A stretch of DNA of 64,000 nucleotides from an uncultured Actinomycetota bacterium (GTDB lineage Bacteria > Actinomycetota > UBA4738 > HRBIN12). The DNA lies in contig CAWAPY010000019.1 in NCBI GenBank assembly GCA_963784055.1, positions 195,866-259,865 of the forward strand. The letters are read 5' to 3'. Numbering within the stretch: the first letter of the stretch is position 1; the number at the start of each line of letters is the position of its first letter. Shown here piece after piece: positions 46,136-57,315 of this stretch. The notes beneath the pieces were generated by a model. The model had not been told where the DNA came from, made no database searches, and was given only the letters and a program-made list of their open reading frames with translations. Made by a program: the position numbers and the translations under genes.

Positions 46136-47133
46136 ATGCGCACCGTCCGTCCATCGATCGCGCGGGTCGCGCTGATCGCTTCCATCGCCGTCTTCCTCGC
46201 GGCATGTGCCGGGAGTGCCTCGGCCCCGAACCTCAGGCCCGTCGGGGGCGCCGTCGGCGACAACGGTCAAGGGCTGGCCGATCCGGGCCAACCTCGCCGG
46301 CGGCGGCGATCCGGCTGCCAGTGCGGCGCCGCGCCCCACCCATCACGGAGGACGGCGTCGGGGCGGCCGTCGACGACGCGAAGATCATCCGGACCGGCAC
46401 GATCCAGCTCGAGGTCACGGATGTCCCGGCGGCCCTCGTCGCGGCGCGCAACGGCATTCGCGCCATGGGCGGCTACGTCGGCGCGTCCCAGACCGAGAAC
46501 GTCGACGACCAGCCGTACGCCACCATCACATACCGGATCCCGGCGGACCGCTGGGAAGACGCGCTCGACCTGCTGCGCGGCCTCAACGGACTGACCTCCA
46601 AGGTCGTCGGCGAGCAGACGCAGGCGGTCGAGGTGACCGGGCAGGTCATCGACCTCGAGGCGCGGATCCGCAACCTGCGCGCCAGCGAGACGGCGCTCCA
46701 GGAGATCGCGAGCACGGCGACGCGGATCACCGACGTGCTGGAGGTCCAGAACCAGCTCACCAACGTCCGCGGCCAGATCGAACAGCTCAGCGCCGCCCTC
46801 GCGGATCTCGAAGACCGCGCGGGGTTCGCGACCCTGATCGGCGACCTACAGCGTGCCGATCGTGGCCGTCGAAGCTGCCGCGGAAGGGCTTCGAGCCCGC
46901 CAAGGTCGTGGACGAGGCGACGGCGAGCATGGTGAACATCCTGCAGGCGCTCACCACGGCCGGGATCTGGTTCGCGATCGTGTGGCTGCCGCTGCTGCTC
47001 GTGCTCGGCGCGATCATCGCGATCGTCGTGTGGGTCGGCCGACGGCTCGGGCCTCATCGGCCGGCGGCGCACGCGGCGACGCACCGCTACCGGGATGATC
47101 CGGTCACCCGCGCGTGGCACCATGCGCGGGTGA
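46136..47133 (+). pseudogene. DUF4349-like lipoprotein, at least 2 frame changes
   Basis: Lipobox VALIASIAVFLAACAGS. IIRTGTIQLEVTDVPAAL...YATITYRIPADRWEDAL... Coiled-coil VIDLEARIRNLRASETALQEI. C-terminal TM helix IWFAIVWLPLLLVLGAIIAIVVW. Confidence 0.65.
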
Positions 47134-47954
47134 CGGAAACGGCTGAACGATACGACCGGATCGCCGCCGGCTACGACCGATGGTGGGCGCCGGTGCTGGC
47201 GCGCAGCGCCGTCGCCCTCCTCGATCGACTCGACGGGGCCGTGGCCGATGGCGCGCGAACCGTGCTGGACGTCGGGGTCGGGACCGGCAACCTGTCGATC
47301 GCGGCCCTGGGCCGCTGGCCGGAGGTCCGTGTCACCGCCATCGACGCCTCGCGCGAGATGGTCCGCGCGGTCGAGGCGCTGGTCGAAGAACGCGTCCCGA
47401 CGGCACGCGACCAATTCGAGGGTCGCGTGGCCTTCGCCGCGGAACTGCCGTTCGAGGCGGGGACGTTCGACGCGGCGATGTCGTCCTTCGTGCTCCAGCT
47501 CGTGCCGAGCCGGCCCGCGGCGCTCCGCGACATCCGGCGCGTCCTGCGCCCCGGCGGGCTGTTCGCCCACGTCACCTGGATCGCCGACGAGCGGGCGTTC
47601 GCGCCCGATCGCATCTTCGATCGACTGCTCGAGGAGTACGGGTTCGAGAACGACGAGGATCCCAACCGCCACGGCGACATCCCGTCCGTGGAGCGCGCCG
47701 CCGGGGAGCTGCGTCATGCCGGCTTCCGTGACGTCGTCGCCGACGGGGGCATGCTGGAGTACGCCTTCACGGTTGACGGCTACATCTCGTTCCTGACCGA
47801 GTTCGACGAAGAGAGCCTCTTCGCCGAGATGGGCCGAACGGAGCGCCGGAAGTTCCTGCAGCAGTTCCGCGAGCGCCTGATGGCGCTGCGATCCGACGAG
47901 CTGACCTTCCGGGTACCGATCGTGTACGCCTCAGGCCGCCGCTCGGACGGCTGA
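47130..47954 (+). CDS. Class I SAM-dependent methyltransferase
   Basis: GTG in a GTGA overlap. YDRIAAGYDRWW...VLDVGVGTGNLS...LRPGGLFAHVTW. Confidence 0.8.
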   Translation: MTETAERYDRIAAGYDRWWAPVLARSAVALLDRLDGAVADGARTVLDVGVGTGNLSIAALGRWPEVRVTAIDASREMVRAVEALVEERVPTARDQFEGRVAFAAELPFEAGTFDAAMSSFVLQLVPSRPAALRDIRRVLRPGGLFAHVTWIADERAFAPDRIFDRLLEEYGFENDEDPNRHGDIPSVERAAGELRHAGFRDVVADGGMLEYAFTVDGYISFLTEFDEESLFAEMGRTERRKFLQQFRERLMALRSDELTFRVPIVYASGRRSDG

Positions 47955-47987
47955 CGAACGCTCGGGCCGGGTCGGAGCGACGAGGCC

Positions 47988-48690
47988 CTAGCTCTCCTCG
48001 GACGACCCGCTGTCGCCGCCGCCTGAGTCGGTGGCGCCACCCTCGCGCACCTTCCTCGCCCTCGGCACCTTCCTCGCCCTCGGCGCCCTCCTCGCCCTCG
48101 GCGACCTCCGGCTCCTCCTCGACCTCGACGCGCGGCGCCTGGACCTTGGCGATGATCTCATCGGCATCGGTCAGGAGCGTGACGTCGGACGGGATGGTCA
48201 GGTCGCGCACGTGGAGCGAGACGTCGAAGTCGACGAGCGATTCGATGGAGTACTCGATCGACTGGGGCAGGTGATCGGGAAGCGCCCGGATCCGGACGGT
48301 CTCGGTGGGATGGAGGACCGTCCCGCCGAGCTGATCGACCGCGTACGACACGCCGGTGGCGGCGAGGGGCACATCGACCGTGAGCTCCTCGGTCATGCGC
48401 ACGAGGAACAGGTCCGCGTGCAGCGGGCGGCGATGGACCGGATGGATCTGGACCTGGTTGATCAGGACCGGCTGGGCCTTCTCGCCGTCGACCGAGAGGT
48501 CCACGAGGGCGTTGGGGCCCGTGTGCCGGCGCAGCAGGTCGAAATCATGGGCGTCGACGGTCACCGTGGTGGACTCGACGCCGTGCCCGTACACGACGGC
48601 CGGCAGCTTGCCGGCCTTGCGCAGGTTGTTCACCTTCTTGCCGGTCACCTCACGGTGCTCGGCGGCGAGTGTGGGACGGGCGGTGGCCAT
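47988..48690 (-). pseudogene. rplY: 50S ribosomal protein L25/Ctc with an acidic repeat tail, frame change near 48045
   Basis: REVTGKKVNNLRKAGKLPAVVYGHG...LINQVQIHPV... The tail EEPEVAEGEEGAEGEEGAEGEEGA then continues in another frame as GGATDSGGGDSGSSEES, with a stop at 47988. Confidence 0.88.
48046..48120 (-). repeat. In-frame 18-nt tandem repeat encoding (EGEEGA)n in the L25 tail
   Basis: ccttcctcgccctcggca/ccttcctcgccctcggcg/ccctcctcgccctcggcg, visible on the plus strand. Confidence 0.7.
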
Positions 48691-48879
48691 GGGATGTGGA
48701 CCTCGGGGCTGGATGTTGGTGATGTCGGGCCGCGGCTCGCCGGCGGGGCCGGTGATGGCGAGGCGCCCGGAGCGGGAGCGTAGGGTACCACGAGATCCTC
48801 GCTCGTTCGGTCGAGCGCGCTCGGCGGACGGAGCGGACGGCCAAGGGGCATCCGCGGCGCCCGGTGTAGCATCGGTCGC

Positions 48880-49579
48880 ATGGCCGCCACCATCCTGATC
48901 GTCGAAGACGAGCACGCCGTCGCGCGCGGGATCCAGTACGCCCTGCAGCAGGAGGGCTACGACGTCGGCGTCGCCCGATCCGGCGAGGAGGGCCTGGAGA
49001 TCGCGACTCGTGAGGCCCCGGACCTGGTCGTCCTCGATGTGCGCCTCCCCGGCATCGATGGCTTCGAGGCGCTTGCGCCGCATCCGCGCGGCCGGTGCCA
49101 AGATGCCGATCCTCGTGCTGACGGCTCGCGACGACGAGGTCGACAAGGTCATCGGTCTCGAGCTCGGCGCGGACGACTACCTCACGAAACCGTTCGGCCT
49201 GCGCGAGCTCCTGAGCAGGATCAAGGCGCTCCTGCGGCGCTCGTACGGCGATCTCGCGGACGCGGCCGGCGGGCGGGTCATCCGCCACAACGACCTGATC
49301 ATCGACCTGGAGCGTCGGCGGGTCCAGCGCGGCGCGCGACGGATCAGCCTCACCCCGACGGAGTTCGAGATCCTGCGGCACCTCGCCTCCCGGCCGGGTC
49401 GCGTCTACACGCGTGGCGAGCTCCTGGAGCTGCTGCGCGACTACGAGGCCCTCGACCAGGACGAGAAGACCATCAACGTCCACGTCAGCCACCTGCGCGA
49501 GAAGATCGAGGACGATCCGGCGACCCCGGCCTTCGTCCTGACCGTCCGTGGCGTGGGCTACGCGTTCGCCGAGCGCTGA
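48880..49579 (+). pseudogene. OmpR/PhoB-family response regulator (MprA-like), frame change near 49070
   Basis: ILIVEDEHAVARGI...DLVVLDVRLPGIDGFE, then in the next frame PILVLTARDDEVDKVIGLELGADDYLTKPF...LTPTEFEILRHL...VHVSHLREKI...TVRGVGY. Confidence 0.88.
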
Positions 49580-49630
49580 GCGGCCGGTGCTCCGGCGAAT
49601 CCGTCCCACGCGTCGCCTCTGCGCCGGCTC

Positions 49631-51245
49631 ATGCCCCGCACGTTCGGGGGCCGGCTCACCGTCGCGTTCGTCGCCGTCATCGCGCTCACGCTGGGCCTCG
49701 TCTCGGTGCTCGTCCTCAACCGCCTCGACGCGTATTTCGCGCAGCAGCAGGACGCCGACCTGCGCGAGCGTTCGACGACGGTCAGCGACTTCATCAGGGC
49801 CCAGGCCGAAGCCGCGGCGGGACGTTCCCCGGTCGTCGGTGCGGATGGCTTCCTCGACGAGGATGTCGTCGAGATCCTCAACACGCCGGCGCGCCAGGCC
49901 TTCATCACCGACCGGCTCGGCCAGGCCGACGTCATCGCGCGCTTCGGGCTCAACGTGACGACCGGCGACCGGACGATGTTCATCCCCGCGCCGAACGGCA
50001 CGTTCCAGATGAACCTGCAGGCTCCCCCGCGAGCCGGCCAGTCGCGCGAGAACACGTTCGTGACGGAGCGCTACGGCGGCGGCGAGACGTTCCAGCGCTA
50101 CACGCTCGAGGTCACGCTGGCCAATCCATCGACCTTCCGGGCCTCGGCCATCGCGAACCTCACGGGGCTCCTCGCGGCGATCGGCCTGTTCGCGCTCGGC
50201 CTCGCCGTCGTCGTGTCGGCCGCGCTGACGCGCCGCTTCACGACGCCGTTGCGCCAGCTCACCGACGCGTCCCGGGCGCTGGCCGAAGGCGACCTCTCGC
50301 GGCGCGTGCCGGCGGCCCAGCTGCGCGCCGGATCCACGGAGCTCGGCGAGCTGGCCGTCCAGTTCAACACGATGGCCGACCGGCTCGAGGAGAGCGTCGA
50401 GATCAGCCGCCGCGACCGCGATCGAAGCCGCGACTTCCTCGCCGACGTCTCGCACGAGCTGCGCACCCCGCTCGCGGCGCTGCGCACCTTCAACCAGCTG
50501 CTGATGGAGACGGCCGGGGACGACCCGGAAGCGCGCGCCGAGTTCCTCGAGTCGAGCGCGGGGCAGATCGAGCGACTCGACTGGCTCGCCCAGAACCTGC
50601 TCGAGCTCTCGAAGCTCGACTCCGGCCTCGTCCTGCTGGACCTGCGACCTGACGACCTGCGGGCCGCGGTCGAAATCGGCGGCCCACCAGCACGACTCGG
50701 CCGCCGCTCGTCGCGGCGTCCGCGTCACGGTCGACCTTCCCGACGCACCGATCCGGATCCGCCACGATCCGCCGCGGATCGGCCAGGTCGTCGCGAACCT
50801 CGTCGGCAACGCGATCAAGTTCACGCCGCGTGGCGGGTCGGTGCGGGTCGCCGTGGTGCCGACCGACGACGGGGCCAGGGTCGACGTCACCGACACGGGC
50901 GTCGGCATCGACGCGGCCGAGCTGCCCCACATCTTCGAGCGCTTCTATCGCGGATCGCGGGCGAACGAGGCGCGGGGCAGCGGGAGCGGGCTCGGCCTGG
51001 CGATCGTCCGCTCGATCGTCGACATGCACGGCGGGACGATCGAAGTCGAGAGCGGACCCGAGCGCGGCAGCCGGTTCACGGTGCACCTGCCGGGCGATCC
51101 ACGCGTGGTCGCGGGCACGCCGGCCGCGGCACGGGCGGACGTGGCCAGCGCTGCCGAGGGGACCGAGCGGATCGCCGCGGCGGCCGCTGACGAGGCAGGA
51201 GTCCCACCGCGCCTGGGAGCGATGGCGAAGCCGGTGCGAACATGA
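49631..51245 (+). pseudogene. HAMP sensor histidine kinase (MprB-like), frame change near 50680
   Basis: Two TM helices, a HAMP domain, H-box SHELRTPLAAL, then in frame 50841.. N-box ANLVGNAIKFTP, DTGVGI, GSGLGLAIV. Confidence 0.88.
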
Positions 51246-51367
51246 CGGAAACTTCACCGTCCGACGCGTCGCGTTTGAACCCCGCTTCGGCACCCTGAAC
51301 ACCACAGTTCCCCGACCGGCCGCTCACCACCGGTCGAGCAGCCAAGGTTAAAGGAACCATCCCGACG

Positions 51368-52804
51368 ATGACCGATCAACAGCACCCCGACGATTCCGAC
51401 ATCACGCAGCGGCACGAGGTGCCGGCCGAACCGCCGGCATGGCCGGCGAGCGCAGGGACCACCGCGACCCCGGTGACCCCCGCGACGGGCGATTCCGACT
51501 CTCCCGCCGTGGAACGCTACTCCCCGCCGGCCGAGCCGCGGACCGACTGGTCCCGCCACGAAGGCGGCATCGAGCCGGCCACGACACCCGAGCGCTGGTA
51601 CGAGCCGGCCGTCGTGCCGGGGACCGTCCCGACGACACCGGTTCAGCCCGCCACGAGCGGCTCCGGCAGGTCCGGGCGAGGCGGCATCGGCACGCTCCTG
51701 GCCGCCGCGCTCCTGTCCGCCGTGCTGGCATCGGGCGGCACGGTCCTGGCCCTGCGCGCAAGCGGCGTGCTGGATCGTCCGACGTTGGTCCAGGCCGGCC
51801 CGACTGGTACCACGGTCGGTGCCAACAATCAGCCCATCACGATCGAAAGTCTCGGCCACCATCAATGTCGCCGCCAAGGCCAGCCCGGCGGTCGTCCGGA
51901 TCACGATCGGCGGCGATGTCGACACGTCGACCGGCATCATCCCCGAGACCGGCGTCGGGTCGGGCGTCATCTACGACGGCGCCGGCTGGATCCTCACGAA
52001 CCGCCACGTCGTCGAGGGCAGCGACACCCTGTCGGTCGAGCTCAACGACGGCCGCGTCCTCGATGGCACCGTCTACGGCATCGACACCCTGACCGACCTC
52101 GCGATCGTCAAGGTCGAGGGCACCGGTCTGCCGACGGCCTCGCTCGGCGACTCGAGCGCGCTCAAGGTCGGCCAGCTCGTCATCGCCATCGGCAGCCCGC
52201 TCGGCACGTACTCGAACTCGGTCACCAGCGGCATCGTGTCGGCCAAGGGCCGGACCATCACGGCCGACGGCAACGACGAACCTCAACAACCTCATCCAGA
52301 CCGACGCGGCGATCAACCCCGGCAACTCCGGTGGACCGCTGCTCGACGCGGGCGGCAACGTGGTCGGCATCAACACCGCCATCGCGGCCGACACCAATGG
52401 CATCGGCTTTGCGATCCCGATCGACATCGCCCGGCCGATCATGGAGCAGGCGCTCGCCGGCGAGAAGCTCGCCCGTCCGTACATGGGCGTCGTCTACCGC
52501 GCGATCGACCTCCAGTTCGCGGACGCGAACAACCTGCCGGTCGACGAGGGCGCGCTCGTCATCCCCGGTAACGGCCCCGACTCGCCGACCCCGGCCGTCG
52601 TCCCCGGCAGCCCGGCCGAGTCCGCGGGCATCCGCGAAGGCGACATCATCGTCAAGGTCAACACCCAGCCGATCGACGGCGACCATCCGCTGGACGCGAC
52701 GCTGAGCGAGTTCGCCCCGGGCGACACGATCTCCGTGGAGGTGCTGCGCGACGGCCAGACGCAGACCGTGTCACTGACCCTGGCGACGCCGCCCCGACCT
52801 CTAG
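51368..52804 (+). pseudogene. htrA: HtrA/PepD-like serine protease with a PDZ domain, at least 3 frame changes
   Basis: Catalytic His TNRHVV, Asp DLAIVKV and Ser GNSGGPL lie in successive frames. [23 protein letters not shown]. Probable end ...ATRPDL at TAG 52802-52804. Confidence 0.85.
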
Positions 52805-53169
52805 CGCTCGGAGCGACGCCGCCAGATCTCGACCGCGGCGTGGTCGAGCGGGCCACCGAGCTGGACCTCCGGCTTGCGCACCCGGACGCCGACCTCGGTG
52901 ACCTCGAATTCGGTGAGGATCTCGTGGCTGATCGCCTCGGCGATGGCCTCGAGCAGTCGGTACGACGTCGACTCCACGATCTGGCGGGCGATGGCGTAGA
53001 CGCGGCCGTAGTCGACGGTCTTCTCGAGATCGTCGTCGACGCCCGCCGGCTGGAGGTTCAGCACGAGCTCGACGTCGACCTCGAACGGCTGGGCCGTCGT
53101 GAGCTCATGGTCGTAGTAGCCATGCCGGCCTTGGAACTGCATGTTCCGCAGGACGATCCGGTCACTCAC
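52801..53169 (-). CDS. folB: Dihydroneopterin aldolase, second copy
   Basis: GTG with GGGAGG upstream. [34 protein letters not shown]...[15 protein letters not shown]. Confidence 0.85.
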   Translation of the reverse strand: MSDRIVLRNMQFQGRHGYYDHELTTAQPFEVDVELVLNLQPAGVDDDLEKTVDYGRVYAIARQIVESTSYRLLEAIAEAISHEILTEFEVTEVGVRVRKPEVQLGGPLDHAAVEIWRRRSER

Positions 53170-54069
53170 TGCGCCTCCCTTCGGCGTTCGCGTGATCCCG
53201 CCATCGACCCCGGACGATGGCGTCGCTGACGCGGGCGACCCGGACGTTGGGGGGGACATCGTGGACGCGGACGAGGTCGACGCCCGCCGCGATGCCGAGC
53301 GCGGTCGTCGCCAGGGTCGCCTCGAGCCGGTCCTCGGCCGGCAGGTCGAGGATGCGCCCGAGCGTCGACTTGCGCGACGTGCCGAGCAGGACCGGACGGC
53401 CCAGCGCCGACAGCGCGCCGAGATGGCGCAGGACCGAGATGTTGTGGTCCGCGGTCTTCCCGAAGCCGATGCCCGGGGTCGACGATGAGGTCGTCCTCCG
53501 GCACGCCGGCAGCGCTGGCCCGGTCAAGCGCAGCGCCGAGGTCGGCGACCACTTCGCGGACGACGTGCGTCGTAGCGAGCCTCAGCCCGGTTGTGCATCA
53601 CGATCAGCGGCACACCGGCGCCGGCGGCCAGCGCGGCCATCCGCCGACGTCGGGGCCGGTGCCCCACACGTCGTTGAGCAGGTGGGCGCCGGCGGCGAGC
53701 GCGGCCTCGGCGACCACCGGCTTGGCGGTATCGATGCTCATCGGCGTGTCCGGCAGGGCCGCGGTCACGCGCGGTGATGACCGGGATCACGCGGCGCATC
53801 TCCTCGGTCGCATCGACGGAGACGTGCCCGGGTCGGGTCGACTCGCCGCCGATATCGAGCAGGTCGGCGCCGTCGTCGACCATCTGGCGCGCGGTCGCCA
53901 CGGCCGCTGCGACGGGGTCGGTGCCCTCGAGGAGGCCGTCGCCCGAGAACGAATCGGGCGTGACGTTGAGGATGCCCATCACGAACGTCCGCTCGCCCCA
54001 GGCGAACGTGGCCGGGCCGATCCGGATGGGGGCGGGGTCGGCGCTGGTCGTCCGTCGGGCGGCTGTCAT
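53162..54069 (-). pseudogene. folP: Dihydropteroate synthase, second copy, full length but with at least 3 frame changes
   Basis: VMGILNVTPDSFSGDG...DIGGESTRPG / ...HLLNDVWG / IVMHNRA...YDD / VDPGIGFGKT...LLGTSRKS...LVRVHDV. Confidence 0.85.
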
Positions 54070-55425
54070 CGAGCGGGGGCTCCGGATCGGGGTCGCGCAG
54101 GTCGGGGTCGTCGACGAGATGGGCACGGACCGCGCCGACAAGATAGAGCGAGCCGGCGACGACCGTCGTCCCCGGGGCCGCCAGGCGGGCTCGAGCGCCG
54201 CGAGCGGGTCGGGGACCGCGGTCACGCTGGCTGGGCCCGGGAGGCTTCGCCAACGCTCGGCGAGCTCGTCGGCCGGCATCGCGCGCGCCGCGTCGACCGT
54301 CGTCGCGATCACCGCTGCGCCGCGGAGCGCTTCTGCGGCGCCGAGCGCCGTCACGATACCATCGACGTCCTTGTCGGCCATGGACGCCGCGACCAGGGTC
54401 AGCGGCCCGGCGCGAGGTGCGGGCGCAGGTCGTCGAGGGCCTGGGCGAGCGCGGCGGCGCCGGCGGGGTTGTGCGCCCCGTCGAGCAGGATCTCGCGACC
54501 GTCCACCAGCTCCAGCAGCTCGAGGCGACCGGGCCAGACCGCGGTCGCATACCCGCGACGCCGGGCTCCGGGTCGGCGGTCGCGATGCCGGCGTCGTCCA
54601 GTGCGTCGAGGAGCGCGTCGGCGACGGCGACGTTCGCGGCCTGGTGCCGGCCGCGCAGACCGACCCGCGTCGGGCCGAGACGCGGCAGCTCCACGTCAGG
54701 CCGTCGCGGTCCCAGCCGAGCAAGGGGGCCGGCTCCACGACCGTGAGCGGGCGCCGCCATCCGGCGGGCGCGCCGTCGGATGATCTCGAGCGCCTCGCCG
54801 TCGGCACCCGTGACGGCGACGGTCGCCCGCGCTCGATGATGGCGGCCTTCTCCTGGCGATCGCCACGATCGTGGGGCCCGAGCCGGTCCATGTGGTCCAG
54901 CTCGACGTTGGTGACGACCGCGACGCCGCCGTCCCACGCATGGGTCGCATCGAGGCGGCCGCCGAGCCCCACTTCGACGAGCGCGACGTCGAGGTTGCCT
55001 CGGCGAAGTGGCGGAAGACCACCGCCGTCAGCAGCTCGAACTCCGTCGGCTCGCCGTGGCGCCGCGCGACACGGTCCGCGACCGCAAGCACGGCCTCCAC
55101 GTGTCGCGTGAAGTCGTCGACGCCGATCGGCCGACCGTCGATCGTCGACGCGTTCGCGGTAGGAGACGAGATGCGGCTTGGGGGTCTCGCCGACCCGCAG
55201 CCCGGCGGCCCGCAAGGCGCTCCCGGCCAGGGCGAGGACGCTGCCCTTGCCGTTGGTCCCCGCGACGAGGGCGCCCCGCGACCGCGAGCTGCGGATCGCC
55301 GAGCTCCGCCAGCAATGCCCGCGTCCGCCCGAGACCGAGCCGGATCCCGAACCGGCCGCGCGCCGCGAGCGCGTCGAGGCGCCCTGGTAGTCGAGGGCTG
55401 GGGTGGCGGGCGAGCTGGCCGTCAC
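54066..55425 (-). pseudogene. folC: Dihydrofolate synthase / folylpolyglutamate synthase, at least 5 frame changes
   Basis: Pieces: LDYQGALDAL..., VAGTNGKGS, ETPKPHLVSYRERV, ALVEVGLGGRLDAT, VVTNVELDHMDRLG, EKAAIIERG, LLDGAHNPAGA, LVAASMADKD, VVAGSLYLVG. The GTG start overlaps the upstream stop. The 3' end is inferred. Confidence 0.82.
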
Positions 55426-55685
55426 TCGCGGGTCAGCTCGTCCTCGTAGAAGACGCATTGATTGAAGCGCGGCGTCAGGCACACGTCGTTGACATAGCCC
55501 TGGTCGAGGTGGACGCCGCCGCGCAGCTGGCAGCGCGAGACGTTCGTGTCCTGGCGGATCAGCGCCTTGAGCAGATGTGGCGCCTGGATGGGGATCGCGC
55601 CACGCGAACCCGTCATGTAGAAGTGCGGGCAGACGTTCCGTCGCAGGTTGGGGAGGCCGAAGCCCGGCCGCACGCCCATCGGCAT
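55422..55685 (-). CDS. Small Cys-containing hypothetical protein translationally coupled to folC
   Basis: 87 aa: MPMGVRPGFGLPNLRRNVCPHFYMTGSRGAIPIQAPHLLKALIRQDTNVSRCQLRGGVHLDQGYVNDVCLTPRFNQCVFYEDELTRE. Coding-like GC3. Its stop overlaps the folC GTG. Confidence 0.5.
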   Translation of the reverse strand: MPMGVRPGFGLPNLRRNVCPHFYMTGSRGAIPIQAPHLLKALIRQDTNVSRCQLRGGVHLDQGYVNDVCLTPRFNQCVFYEDELTRE

Positions 55686-56053
55686 CGTGGCCGCGCTCGC
55701 GGCGGCGAGCGGCCAGCGGCGACGGCGTGACGCGCGCGATCGGCCCGAGGCCGAATGCCGGGCGACCGGTGCGGCGGCCGCACGCGGACCGCGGGACGAC
55801 CGGACCCGCGCCGGTCCGGCCAGGCCTGGACCGGCGACCTGGGCGGCGATCTGACGTGAGCGGTCGTCCGGTCCGTGGATCGCGGGCCTGCACGCGTCCT
55901 CCCATGCTGCGGGGCGCGCCGCGTCGTACAGCACACGCGACCGAGCCAGAGTACAACGCACCGTGCCGCTCCGACATGTCGCGAACCGCGGTCGAGACGG
56001 TACCGCCCTCGAAGCGGATCCGACTGGCGGTGGCATGCGACAATCGCGCCGCG

Positions 56054-57261
56054 ATGGCGACTCGGCGCGGCACGCGCCCCAACCACGTTCGGCCCCGTCC
56101 CCCGTCCGGCGGGCGTCCAACCCCCGTCAAGGTCCGGCCCCGAGCCCGCATCGCAGGCCGCCTGTCGGTGCACGCGCCGATCCGTCGCAGCCGCGGCATC
56201 CCGCTCATCGGACGACTGGCCCTCGGCGCGGGCGTTCTCGCGGTCGCCGTCCCGTTCTGTACGTCGGCGCGGGCGGGCTCGAGCGTCGTCGCGGGGGCCC
56301 TGGGTGGCACCGTCACGAACTTCGTGCAGGGGGTGACGGCGACCCCGGTCCCGTCGGTCCTCGCGCCGACCGCGCCGGAGGCGCCCGCCATCGAGTCCCC
56401 CACGGAGCCGTACACGAACCAGGCCCAGGTCGACCTGACGGTGACGGTCCCCGCGCGCCTCGCCGGGAACCCGGACTACCTCGTTGCGGGTGTACCTCGC
56501 GCTCGAAGGACCAGGCGCCCACGCCGATCGATGAGAAGCCGCTGGCCCCGACGGCGCAGATGATCATCCCGGTGACGCTGACGAAGGGCATCAACGACTT
56601 CTCGCGTCACGCTTGTCGGTCCGGGCGGCGAGTCCGAGTCGTCGCCGCTCGCCCGCTGGGTGCTCGACACGGATCCGCCAGCCATCCGCCTCACCTCCCC
56701 GAAGGACGGCGCGCTGGTCAACCGCAAGGCGGTCACGCTCGAAGGTCGCACCCAGGGCCGGTCGACGGTCAACGCTCGGAACACGAAGACGGGCGAGTCG
56801 ATCGGCGGGACGGCCGCCGGTGACGGGACGTTCTCGCTGAGCCTGCCACTCACCAGCGGCGTCCAACCCGATCAGCCTCACCGCGACGGACCCGGCGGGC
56901 AACACGAAGGCGCTCCAGCTGACCGTCCGGCGCGGGTCCGGCCGGCTGCGCGCGTCGCTCGAGCGCGTCCGCCTATTCGATCAGCCAGAGCGAGCCTGCC
57001 GACGCAGATCCGCCTGGCGTCCTCGTCGACGACCCCGACGGCGAACCCGCTGGCGGGCGCGCGAGTGACGTTCACGCTGAGCGTACCGGGCGTCAAGACC
57101 GTGACCGGCGACGCCGTGACGGACGCGAACGGCCAGGCGTCCATCTCGACACGACGATCCCGAAGGGCGCCGATCGCGGCGGGGGCACCGCGGGGTCCTC
57201 GTGCGGACCGACGGAATTCGGCCGGGCGACGGACGAGACCGTCATCAACATCAAGAAGTAG
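56054..57261 (+). pseudogene. Membrane-anchored surface protein with Ig-like domains, at least 4 frame changes
   Basis: TM helix LIGRLALGAGVLAVAVPF, then DTDPPAIRLTSPKDGALVNRKAVTLEGRT...GDGTFSLSLPL and ARVTFTLSVPGVKTVTGDAVTDANGQASIST. Ends ...ETVINIKK with TAG at 57259. Confidence 0.6.
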
Positions 57262-57315
57262 CGCCGGCCTCCGCAGGGCTCGACACGGCCTGCACTCGCA
57301 GCTACCATCCGCGCC

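Noticed and set aside
48650-50932. 760-aa minus-strand ORF
   Set aside because: It is antisense to the response-regulator and histidine-kinase genes and has a composition-driven translation with no recognisable motifs.
51246-51367. SigE-type promoter (GGAAAC ... CGTT) upstream of the htrA-like gene, by analogy with mycobacterial pepD
   Set aside because: The -35-like element is imperfect and the spacer (~19 nt) is longer than the usual 16-17 nt. It cannot be supported without transcript mapping.
53524-56415. 963-aa minus-strand ORF
   Set aside because: Only short islands (folP2 and folC pieces) look like protein. The rest is Arg/Pro/Gly-rich filler linking frameshifted gene fragments and the divergent intergenic region.
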